64,000 bases of DNA, from positions 28,003-92,002 of the forward strand of contig JAZQFJ010000091.1 in NCBI GenBank assembly GCA_045539475.1, written 5' to 3'. Below, one piece after another: positions 26,589 to 34,905 of the stretch. Every line of letters begins with the position of its first letter. Positions within the stretch are counted from its first letter, which is position 1. The notes below the pieces were generated by a model. The model worked only from the letters and a program-made list of their open reading frames with translations, did not search any database and was not told the DNA's origin. The DNA is from Eubacteriales bacterium. Lineage in GTDB: Bacteria; Bacillota; Clostridia; Oscillospirales; JAAYXM01. A program made the translations under genes and the position numbers.

Positions 26589-29500
26589 AGACCAAATCAA
26601 AATTAAGATCATTCTTGTCAGCATTACTTGCGCTGGCTATGCTTCTCAGCTCATTCCCGATGATAACTTATGCAGCTCAGTCCAATGAGTATGTAGACCC
26701 TGCAGATATGTGGCTCTCATCCAATAACAGGACCAATGAGCTCGATGTAAATTCAACAACGACGTATGAAACCCAGTATTGTGCTATATGTGATAAGGAA
26801 ACAACGGTGCTTACATACAGAGTGCCCGAATACACACGTTCGGGTGAAACGGCTCTTAACCGAGATGTAAGGTACTCGGATGGCACAAAGATTGACGGAA
26901 GAGGACAAGGAAATCTCGACAGCGGAACCCCGGGCGTTGATGCATATTTTACGGGGTATCATTGGACGAAGGTTGTTTGCCAGAACTGCGGAACGATCAA
27001 CTCGGGAAGCAATCAACAGTCATATGGATTCAATAACAACGTCTATTCGTTGCATAGCTGTGATAATAACTTTTTCCTGCAGTTTGATAACACAACCCAC
27101 GAGCATTACAATGAGGAGTACCACCTTACAACGCTCAAACGTGGCGAATACTGTAAATTCTGCAAAGGTACATATGCAAGAGCAACGCAAGGACTCCAAG
27201 AGCATAGCTTTGTTGAAAATATCGACGGACAGGTCGGAAACAACAGATTTTATATTGCAGAAATCTGTAGTGATTGTGGGTATGAAACAAGTGAATATGT
27301 AACTGCAAAGTCTGTTGTAACTTCCTATTACGGTGTTGAAGACGGAGAAGCACATACTCTCGCTGTAAGCGATTTGTCAGATAGCGGAGTTCGCACTTCC
27401 ATCCGCTACGGAACATCTGCTGACAACTGCACGAAGACATCTGCACCGAATTATACTCAGGCGGGATATTACACGGTTTATTATGAAATAGACTATTCCT
27501 ACGCCGGAGAGGTTATGACAGAAAACGGTGTATCGTATGTATGGCTTGTAGCCGAAGATGAAGATAGCAATGGAACTATAGTAGTTCTTCCGCAAACTCA
27601 CGAGCACGAGTTTCATTATCTTGAAACAATAAAGCCGAGCTGTGATGAGCTTGGATATGACAGATTCCAGTGTAACGGTTGCGGACAGCTTGAGAAGCGA
27701 AACTATACGCCGTCACTCGGTCATGATTATGATGATATCGTTATAAGAGAAGCAACCTGCAAACAGGGCGGTCTTGTGTTAACACTCTGTGCAGATTGCG
27801 GTGACTTCTATCAAACGACAACTGCAACGGGCGCTCATTCATACAAGTCTGTAAACCATACCCCGACTTGCCGTAACGTAGGATACACAGAGTACACATG
27901 CGAAGTGTGTGGCGATAATTACATTAATAACATTCAGCCGCTTATCTCTCACTCATATGAGAGAATTACAAAAGAGCCTACATGTATAGATCGTGGCTAT
28001 ACAACATCCACCTGTACGATGTGCGGATATAATTATGTTGATGACTATGTCGATGAGTTGGGACACAGTTGGGATGAGGGGCATACAGTAACCGCGTCCA
28101 CCTGCACAGGCGAAGGTATTATGGAGTACAACTGCCAAAACACAGGTTGTACTGAAAAGATGATTCAGGCAATGGATGCTGCCGGACACACTCCGGGGGA
28201 CGAAGCAACCTGCACAGAACCTCAGAAGTGTATTGAGTGTGAAACAGTGCTTGAACTTCCGAAAGGACATGCCTATGACAGTGAAGTTACAGCCCCTACT
28301 TGCACTGCAATGGGATACACGACCAATTCCTGCATAAGCTGCGGGGACACGTACTTGTCAGATTATGTGGATCCTACTCCTCACGAATACGAGGAAACAG
28401 TTATTCCGGCGACCTGTACGAGCCTGGGGTATTCAGTATTCAGGTGCGCAGATTGCGATGATGAGTACAAAGCGGACTACACCGATATGCTGGAGCACAC
28501 CTACGTTGAAGACGTTACGGCTCCGACCTGTACCAGTCTGGGATATTCGACATTTACCTGTTCCGGGTGCGATGCAAGCTACGTGGGCAACTATGTGGAT
28601 AAGACACCTCATAATTATAACAAAGAGGTAATCCCACCAACGTGTGTGGAGCACGGACATTCCGTGTACGAGTGTCCTGATTGCGGAGCAAGCTACATTG
28701 ATGAGATTGTGGAGAGCACCGAGCATACATATGAGGAAACAAAGATTCCTGCAACATGTACATCACTCGGCTACAGTATTTTCAAATGCACCGACTGTGA
28801 TGATGAGTATGTAAGCAACTATGTGGATAAGCTTCCTCATGACTATGAAGCAACTGTTATTCCTGCAACATGTACCGGTCTTGGACATTCCGAGTATCAG
28901 TGCAAGAACTGCCCGGATAATTATAAGAGCGACTACACAGAGCCGACGGGACATAATCCGTCAGACTGGATTATAGATACCCCTGCAACCATCGAGCACG
29001 CAGGAGCTAAGCATATCGAATGCTTAACCTGCGGAATAGCACTTCAGGAATCGGAGATTCCGCAGCTCATTGATGTGGATCGCAGCGATGAGGACGGCGA
29101 AGCTTTAGTTGGCGCATACAGCATCATCCTGACAGACTCAAAGAACATCCCTGTTTTTGACAGCGAGATTACAATTGATGTCAATGACAATGTCACCATC
29201 AGACTTCCGGAGAAAAGGCTACTGGACTATAAGGACCAGACAACTATCACTGTTTTCAATACCGAAACGCAGGAAGCTGTAACGGGACTTCGGATCTTTG
29301 TTTATGATGCAGCGAATAATGCAGCAACAGGTGCAACAGATGCAAACGGACAGCTTAAGGTTCCGAATAATCAGTCCTCTACAGGAGATGATAACGGAAC
29401 CATCGGCAAAGACGAAAATGAAGAAAAGCTTACGTTTGTTGTCCGTGTATCCGACAAGGAAAATGTGGTTATTCCGGATTGTGATGTTTACATCGGCGAG

Positions 29501-31948
29501 AGCAATAATATTGTAGTGGATCTCCCCGAAGGCATAAAGCCATCTGTTGAAGCTCCCGTAATTGTAACTGTTGAGGATCAGTATGGTAATCCGCAGAAGA
29601 ATGTTACCATCATTGCACTCGGCGACAATGATTATATAGAAAAAGGCAAAACCGACATCTATGGCCGTGTCACACTCCCGATGGTAAACGAAGGTTTTAC
29701 AAATGATGAAGGGCACGTAACTGTCGATAACATCAATGTTATTGTCAACGACGAAATCGGTCTGATAGCAGATGCGTTTGTTAAACACAACGAGGATGGA
29801 ACCGTTTCGGTTACGCTTCCTGAAGGAAAAGGCATCAGCCATTCAAATCGCATTACGGTAACAGTACTCGACTCTGAAGCTCTGGCAGTTAAAGATAAGT
29901 CAATTACTGTAACTGATCTTGAAGAAAAGACTTATACCGACATAACGGATGAATCCGGCAAAATCGTTGTCCCGCCGCTTTCGGAAGATTACTCGGATGA
30001 AACCGGTATGGCAGTTGTAAATGGATACACTGTGTTTATCGCCGACGAAATAAATCCGATTGTTGATGCCTTTATTGAAATTGAGAACGGTGCTATCAGT
30101 ATCGCGCTTCCTGAAGGTGCAAATATTGATTATAACAACCGTATCACGGCGACCGTTACAAAGGATGACGAGCCTGTCAAGGATATCCCTGTTAGCTTTA
30201 CCGATACAACAGGTAAGACCGAAATCAATCTGACAGACGAGAATGGTAAGGCAGTTGTCCCGCCTGCAAACATTGATTTCACTGATGTGAATGGATTTGC
30301 GCAGGTTGACGGATATTCCGTAACAGTTAACGATGAAAAGGGCTTTGTGGAAAAGGCGTTTATAACTCACACGGAAGACGATAAGCTTGATATAAAGCTT
30401 CCGGATAATCTCTTGATCGAGTACGGCAACAGAATAACCGTGCAGGTGCTTGATAAAGAAACGCAGGCGCCGGTGAAAGACCTCGTGGTCATTGTAAACG
30501 AAGTCATTGTTCCGACAGAGTCCGGCGAAGAAACACCTGTGGGCAAGACTATGACGGATACCACTGATTCCAAGGGTATCGCGGTATTCCCACCGCTTTC
30601 TGAAGACATCACTGACAACGAAGGTGGTTCCAACGTAACCGACAAGACCGAAGAAGAGGACAAGGATACTGACGGAGACGGAACTCCCGACACTCCGGGT
30701 GAAACGATCGAACAACAGTATATCGTATCGGTAAAGGATACCAAGGGTATCATCCCTGATGCGTTCGTGAAAATCAGTAACGGCAAGATCAGTGTTACAT
30801 TACCTGAAGGAAAGACTTTGACAACAAGTAATCAGACAACAGTCACGGTTCTTGATAAAGAGTCAAAGCCGATATCGGGTGTAAGCGTTACAATCACTGA
30901 CAGCAGCAACACCTCCAAATCCGGCACCACCAATGCAAACGGTCAGGTGACACTTCCCGTCAAGTCCTCCGGTGGAGGTGGCGGTGGCGGCGGTAGCAGC
31001 TCCTCTGGCGGAGGTGGTGGCTACTACAGTGGCGGCGGAATCGGAGGCTCATACTCATCTACAACCGTGAATGTTGTCGATAAGGACGGCAAGACCGTAT
31101 CTGTTTCCAAGTCCACAACCACGACCCAAGCTACACTCACACTTCCTGCAGGCAAAAATCTGCTCAAGGATGATAACTATTATAAAATTACGGTAACTTC
31201 TGGTTCTCAGGCAAAACCTGGTTATACTGTTGTACTGAAAGACAGAAGCGGTAACGAAGTAAGCGGAGTCACGGATGCTTCCGGTAAGCTAACGCTCCCG
31301 GGTGTTAAGCATACAGCATATATCTTCGGATATCCGGATGGAACCTTCAGACCGAATGGTAACATGAGAAGAAGCGAAGCTGCGGCAATCTTTGCGCGTC
31401 TTATTGCGGAAGCGAAGAATGAAAGTATTAGCGGCAGAGCTTCTTTCAAGGACGTTGATTCTGATGAGTGGTATGCATCTTATGTTGCATATCTTGAAAA
31501 ATATGACGTAATACGCGGATACTCCGATAATACATTCCGCGCAGACAACCAGGTCACACGCGCGGAGTTTGTCGCTATGAGCGTCCGATACTACGATTTA
31601 TTCGGCGATTTACCATCTGTTTCAAACACCAATAGATACAGTGATGTGTCTTCAAGCTACTGGGCGGTTAAAGAAATCTCCGTCGCAAAAGAAATAGGTT
31701 GGCTCAACGGATATGCTGACGGCACATTCCGCGGTGATAACAAAATTACGCGCGCAGAAGCCGTGACCGTAATTAACCATGCAACGGAACGTAATCCTGA
31801 TAAAGAGCATATCAACGAAAACTTCACCAAGCTCAACAGATTTACGGATATAACCGATAGCAGCGCATGGTTTTTCTATAATGTGATGGAGTCTTGTAAC
31901 ACACATCTCGGCGCGGCATCAAGCGACGGCGAGAACTGGATAGACTAA
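26585..31948 (+). CDS. 1787-aa secreted surface protein: Cys/His mini-domain repeats, Ig-like repeats, Gly linker, three C-terminal SLH domains
   Basis: Signal peptide MKTKSKLRSFLSALLALAMLLSSFPMITYA. About 13 repeats of H.Y..(5-7)..TC...GY....C..C...Y, then ~95-aa repeats with TDE.GK.VVPP. SLH motifs: FGYPDGTFRPNGNMRRSEAA, IRGYSDNTFRADNQVTRAEF, LNGYADGTFRGDNKITRAEA. Confidence 0.85.
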   Translation: MKTKSKLRSFLSALLALAMLLSSFPMITYAAQSNEYVDPADMWLSSNNRTNELDVNSTTTYETQYCAICDKETTVLTYRVPEYTRSGETALNRDVRYSDGTKIDGRGQGNLDSGTPGVDAYFTGYHWTKVVCQNCGTINSGSNQQSYGFNNNVYSLHSCDNNFFLQFDNTTHEHYNEEYHLTTLKRGEYCKFCKGTYARATQGLQEHSFVENIDGQVGNNRFYIAEICSDCGYETSEYVTAKSVVTSYYGVEDGEAHTLAVSDLSDSGVRTSIRYGTSADNCTKTSAPNYTQAGYYTVYYEIDYSYAGEVMTENGVSYVWLVAEDEDSNGTIVVLPQTHEHEFHYLETIKPSCDELGYDRFQCNGCGQLEKRNYTPSLGHDYDDIVIREATCKQGGLVLTLCADCGDFYQTTTATGAHSYKSVNHTPTCRNVGYTEYTCEVCGDNYINNIQPLISHSYERITKEPTCIDRGYTTSTCTMCGYNYVDDYVDELGHSWDEGHTVTASTCTGEGIMEYNCQNTGCTEKMIQAMDAAGHTPGDEATCTEPQKCIECETVLELPKGHAYDSEVTAPTCTAMGYTTNSCISCGDTYLSDYVDPTPHEYEETVIPATCTSLGYSVFRCADCDDEYKADYTDMLEHTYVEDVTAPTCTSLGYSTFTCSGCDASYVGNYVDKTPHNYNKEVIPPTCVEHGHSVYECPDCGASYIDEIVESTEHTYEETKIPATCTSLGYSIFKCTDCDDEYVSNYVDKLPHDYEATVIPATCTGLGHSEYQCKNCPDNYKSDYTEPTGHNPSDWIIDTPATIEHAGAKHIECLTCGIALQESEIPQLIDVDRSDEDGEALVGAYSIILTDSKNIPVFDSEITIDVNDNVTIRLPEKRLLDYKDQTTITVFNTETQEAVTGLRIFVYDAANNAATGATDANGQLKVPNNQSSTGDDNGTIGKDENEEKLTFVVRVSDKENVVIPDCDVYIGESNNIVVDLPEGIKPSVEAPVIVTVEDQYGNPQKNVTIIALGDNDYIEKGKTDIYGRVTLPMVNEGFTNDEGHVTVDNINVIVNDEIGLIADAFVKHNEDGTVSVTLPEGKGISHSNRITVTVLDSEALAVKDKSITVTDLEEKTYTDITDESGKIVVPPLSEDYSDETGMAVVNGYTVFIADEINPIVDAFIEIENGAISIALPEGANIDYNNRITATVTKDDEPVKDIPVSFTDTTGKTEINLTDENGKAVVPPANIDFTDVNGFAQVDGYSVTVNDEKGFVEKAFITHTEDDKLDIKLPDNLLIEYGNRITVQVLDKETQAPVKDLVVIVNEVIVPTESGEETPVGKTMTDTTDSKGIAVFPPLSEDITDNEGGSNVTDKTEEEDKDTDGDGTPDTPGETIEQQYIVSVKDTKGIIPDAFVKISNGKISVTLPEGKTLTTSNQTTVTVLDKESKPISGVSVTITDSSNTSKSGTTNANGQVTLPVKSSGGGGGGGGSSSSGGGGGYYSGGGIGGSYSSTTVNVVDKDGKTVSVSKSTTTTQATLTLPAGKNLLKDDNYYKITVTSGSQAKPGYTVVLKDRSGNEVSGVTDASGKLTLPGVKHTAYIFGYPDGTFRPNGNMRRSEAAAIFARLIAEAKNESISGRASFKDVDSDEWYASYVAYLEKYDVIRGYSDNTFRADNQVTRAEFVAMSVRYYDLFGDLPSVSNTNRYSDVSSSYWAVKEISVAKEIGWLNGYADGTFRGDNKITRAEAVTVINHATERNPDKEHINENFTKLNRFTDITDSSAWFFYNVMESCNTHLGAASSDGENWID

Positions 31949-31959
31949 TTTTAAAAACA

Positions 31960-31988
31960 AGGTCCGGAGGACTTATTTCTCCGGACCT
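31960..31988 (+). terminator. hairpin after the giant surface-protein gene (weak T-run)
   Basis: AGGTCCGGAG pairs with CTCCGGACCT (10 bp), followed by TCATAAT. Confidence 0.45.
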
Positions 31989-32010
31989 TCATAATAAAGG
32001 AGTGAACTTG

Positions 32011-32517
32011 ATGAAAACTAAGCTTTTTAGCATGGTATTTGCCATACTCATATTTTGTGCATCAGTTACCAACGTCTTTGCAGCTCAGGGGACCGAGGGT
32101 AATGAGCTTCAAGTGGTTGAACCCCAACAACTTGAAATTCAGCTCGGTATAGAATGGGCAGGGGTTGAATTTATGCTCAGAACTGATGCAGGCGTATATC
32201 CAACAATCATTGCGGTAGATAAAACCGGAGTATTATCACTTGAAATCGGAGGCAGTAAGGAATATATCCTTTCTTGCCTGCATTCATCTGTCGCAATTCC
32301 TGATGCAATGTTATTGCAAGCTCCTGTCACGAGCGAGAATGAACCTCAGACAACTGTCATGGCGGAAATTGAAGGCATTGAAAAGGTAATTCCTGTATCA
32401 CACATTGTTATGTTTGTTGTAGGCAGCATAGTTGCTGTAGGTATTCTGATTGCAATTTACGTCTCAAATAAAAATAAGCGTGTTGTGCAAGATGACGAAG
32501 ATGATGACGAGTTTTAA
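32011..32517 (+). CDS. small secreted, C-terminally membrane-anchored protein
   Basis: ATG 32011 follows AAGGAG. Signal peptide ...VTNVFAAQG, C-terminal TM MFVVGSIVAVGILIAIYV, acidic tail DDEDDDEF. Confidence 0.55.
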   Translation: MKTKLFSMVFAILIFCASVTNVFAAQGTEGNELQVVEPQQLEIQLGIEWAGVEFMLRTDAGVYPTIIAVDKTGVLSLEIGGSKEYILSCLHSSVAIPDAMLLQAPVTSENEPQTTVMAEIEGIEKVIPVSHIVMFVVGSIVAVGILIAIYVSNKNKRVVQDDEDDDEF

Positions 32518-32608
32518 TAAAAATTGCTCTCCAGACTGACTTCAAAACCGAAAAAGCAAAACTTTGAGAAAAGTTATGTTGAATATTCACAAATCTTTAC
32601 CAATAGGC

Positions 32609-32637
32609 TTGACGAAAGGGTTGCATTTTGATATACT
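32609..32637 (+). promoter_or_regulatory. sigma-A type promoter with extended -10
   Basis: TTGACG (32609-32614), 17-nt spacer ending in TGA, TATACT (32632-32637). Confidence 0.6.
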
Positions 32638-32644
32638 ATAACCG

Positions 32645-32895
32645 TGACAGGAGCTTGCATCCAGGCTCTCGGTACATCGGACGAATTCCCGGTGTTAGAC
32701 TTGTTGATGATTGATACAAGGAACCGTTACGGATTTAGCGCACAGAGCGATCCATAATGATGCAAGCCAAATTGAATATGGGGCCGGAGGGCTGCTTAAT
32801 ACTTTACAGAGTCAATCGTCGGGATGAGACAACAAAATTCCCGACACGTTGGCTCTGTATTGCCATTTTTGCAGACTTTCCGGCCTTTTTCTTTA
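32645..32895 (+). ncRNA. ~250-nt structured 5' leader (two multi-stem domains, the second closed by a terminator-like stem plus U-run)
   Basis: Pairings read by eye: GCTTGCATC 32653-61 with GATGCAAGC 32759-67; GGCCGGA 32782-88 with TCCGGCC 32879-85, then TTTTT; CAGAGTC 32807-13 with GGCTCTG 32851-57; GTCGGGA 32818-24 with TCCCGAC 32839-45. Confidence 0.5.
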
Positions 32896-32913
32896 CAATC
32901 GGAGGTGACTTTA

Positions 32914-33384
32914 ATGAGTAAAAAGACTAAAAAAAGAAAGGGATTGAACAAAGCTCCCATGCGGTGCCCGTATTGCGGCAGCAGTGTGATTCTGCGAAGT
33001 GCTGACGGTATTTATCAGGACAACAGCAGAAATACTATGCTTTATGTATGTTCACACTATCCGGAGTGTGATGCTTACGTAAGAACACATTCCGGGACCA
33101 GGGTTCCGGTCGGTAGTATGGCAAACTCCGAGCTCAGGGCACTGCGCAGGAGCGCTCATCATTATTTCGACCAGCTATATAAGTCCGGGTTCATGTCAAA
33201 GGACGATGCATATTACTGGCTTTCGAGTATTATTGATGCCCCGCTGTCTCAGGCGCATATTGGATACCTGAGCGAATATTACTGTAAGCAGGTCATTGAG
33301 CAGAGTAAAGCATATCTTGAGCAGTGTCGCAGTAAAAGGAAGAAATCCGGGCTATATAAGGCAGGGGGTGCGCTTGCATCATGA
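32914..33384 (+). CDS. zinc-ribbon protein, DUF3268-like
   Basis: ATG 32914 lies 7 nt after GGAGGTG. Motifs CPYCGSS...CSHYPECDAYV, then GSMANSELRALRRSAHHYFDQLY and AHIGYLSEYYCKQVIE, matching my recollection of the DUF3268 pattern. Confidence 0.55.
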   Translation: MSKKTKKRKGLNKAPMRCPYCGSSVILRSADGIYQDNSRNTMLYVCSHYPECDAYVRTHSGTRVPVGSMANSELRALRRSAHHYFDQLYKSGFMSKDDAYYWLSSIIDAPLSQAHIGYLSEYYCKQVIEQSKAYLEQCRSKRKKSGLYKAGGALAS

Positions 33385-33926
33385 AACTCACTCTGCAGCA
33401 ACAAAAATTAGTCGAAGATAATCTCGGTTTGGTAGGCAAAGTAATTCAGCAAAAGGTCCGCGGCTTACATAACATTCCTCATTATACATATGACGACCTG
33501 TTCCAGATCGGTTGTATCGGGCTCAGCAAAGCTGCAGCGACGGATAAGGGTGGGACATTTTCGACATATGCATACAGACTGATCTGGAATGAAATATGCG
33601 ACACTCTCGTGTATGCATCAAAAAAGTATTCAAGGGAGGATGCGTATGAGGATGTTGGACTTGTTTTCAAGGAAGAGACTAAAGATTTTGGCGATACAGC
33701 AAAGATAGAGCTATATGATGTTATATCGGAGGCGAAGCGTAATGTTTCGCCATCGGTTGCACTTGGCATTGATGCTTTGCTCCTTATGAACGATGGATAT
33801 ACCGCTAAAGACATCGGCTCTTTATTCGGTAAGACAACAAATACGATAACGGCACTTATATCTAAGGCAAAAAAGCATCTTCGCTCTATTCCCGAGCTTC
33901 GGGCTCTTAACCGCGAATCGGTATGA
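33381..33926 (+). CDS. sigma-70 family RNA polymerase sigma factor (small, group 4-like)
   Basis: Region 2-like DDLFQIGCIGLSKAA...FSTYAYRLIWNEI and region 4 HTH YTAKDIGSLFGKTTNTITALISKAKKHL. ATGA overlap with the upstream gene. Confidence 0.8.
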   Translation: MKLTLQQQKLVEDNLGLVGKVIQQKVRGLHNIPHYTYDDLFQIGCIGLSKAAATDKGGTFSTYAYRLIWNEICDTLVYASKKYSREDAYEDVGLVFKEETKDFGDTAKIELYDVISEAKRNVSPSVALGIDALLLMNDGYTAKDIGSLFGKTTNTITALISKAKKHLRSIPELRALNRESV

Positions 33927-34297
33927 AGAAAAAACTGTTTATTATCCCGGTACTATTCTTTGTGTTGGTAATGGTTTTGTTCCGCTGTGTTATTTACATC
34001 GGATATGTTCCGTCAGGATCAATGGAGCCGACTATCCCGGCAGGAAGTAAGGTGATAGGTATTCGAATAATCCCGGAGCTTGAGAAAGGTGATATTATTG
34101 TTTTCGGGTATGGAGATACATATATGATCAAGCGCATTGCCGCGAGCCCCGGGGACAAAGTAGGAGGAGGTATTGTACCGGAAGATTGCTATTACGTTCT
34201 TGGTGACAATTCAGCAAATTCCTATGATTCGAGATACTGGGAGAATCCATTTGTGCATCGCAGCAGAATCAAGGCGATAATTATTTGCAAGGTATAA
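33923..34297 (+). CDS. signal peptidase I (S26 family, short form)
   Basis: Catalytic Ser box SGSMEPT, Lys box MIKRIAASPGD, box E LGDNSANSYDSRYW. ATGA overlap with the sigma gene. Confidence 0.85.
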   Translation: MKKKLFIIPVLFFVLVMVLFRCVIYIGYVPSGSMEPTIPAGSKVIGIRIIPELEKGDIIVFGYGDTYMIKRIAASPGDKVGGGIVPEDCYYVLGDNSANSYDSRYWENPFVHRSRIKAIIICKV

Positions 34298-34305
34298 AAC
34301 AAAGG

Positions 34306-34348
34306 CCGTCTGTAGAATTGATATCTACAGACGGCTGATACTTTTTTG
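34306..34348. terminator. bidirectional terminator between convergent genes
   Basis: GCCGTCTGTAGA (34306-34317) pairs with TCTACAGACGGC (34325-34336); T-runs on both sides. Confidence 0.7.
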
Positions 34349-34356
34349 TTTTGAGG

Positions 34357-34635
34357 TTATTCTTTTTTGCTACCGATAATTCTGTCGGGAAAGACTGATG
34401 CGTTAATTAAATCGCCCGGATCCACTTCCAAAGCATCGGCAATGTTAAAGAATACCTCCAGGGAGAATGGATGTGCAATACCCGGTGCTTCAATCGCACT
34501 AATGTGCGAACGACTGACCTGAGCAAGTTCGGCCAGCTTTTCCTGCGACAAACCACGCATTTTACGAAGTGTGGATATTGCGATACCGAGTTGTATGAAC
34601 CTATCGCGGTTCTTGAAACCGACTATACCACTCAT
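34357..34635 (-). CDS. XRE-family helix-turn-helix transcriptional regulator
   Basis: LRKMRGLSQEKLAELAQVSRSHISAIE is a classic Cro/C1-type HTH. Confidence 0.85.
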   Translation of the reverse strand: MSGIVGFKNRDRFIQLGIAISTLRKMRGLSQEKLAELAQVSRSHISAIEAPGIAHPFSLEVFFNIADALEVDPGDLINASVFPDRIIGSKKE

Positions 34636-34905
34636 TTCAGATCACCTGCCTCTTATATATTATTATACTTCCTGACAGTGTTTATGTCTGTGTTTTTCGG
34701 TAAGCACTTGACTAAAGTGGTAAGCAGAAGTATAATAAAATGTAAATGTGCTTATAAAGGTGAGCGTATTTGTGTGAGGGTGAGCAACTATGGGTTTTAT
34801 CTGTAGTGGCTATATTGGAGAAAGACGGTCACCGCTTTTGCTATGTGGGAACCAGTAATAGTAACAAAGCGGAAAATGAAGTGGGTTTGTTAAGGAAGTG
34901 AAGGT

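Noticed and set aside
29219-30786. Minus-strand ORFs of 139-271 aa inside the giant surface-protein gene.
   Set aside because: They are antisense to a 1787-aa ORF with signal peptide, repeats and SLH domains. Their translations are low complexity with no start context.
30967-31050. GGT/GGC-rich run that looks like a simple-sequence repeat.
   Set aside because: It is in frame within the surface-protein gene and encodes a Gly/Ser linker (SSGGGGGGGGSSSSGGGGG). It is not an independent repeat element or a CRISPR-like array.
32736-32753. The AGCGCACAGAGCGATCC segment of the leader resembles the ACGCACAGGGCAAACC core of c-di-GMP-I (GEMM) riboswitches.
   Set aside because: Only a short partial match. 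The second conserved half of GEMM-I is not present in the right order or strand, and the predicted helices do not reproduce the two-hairpin GEMM architecture.
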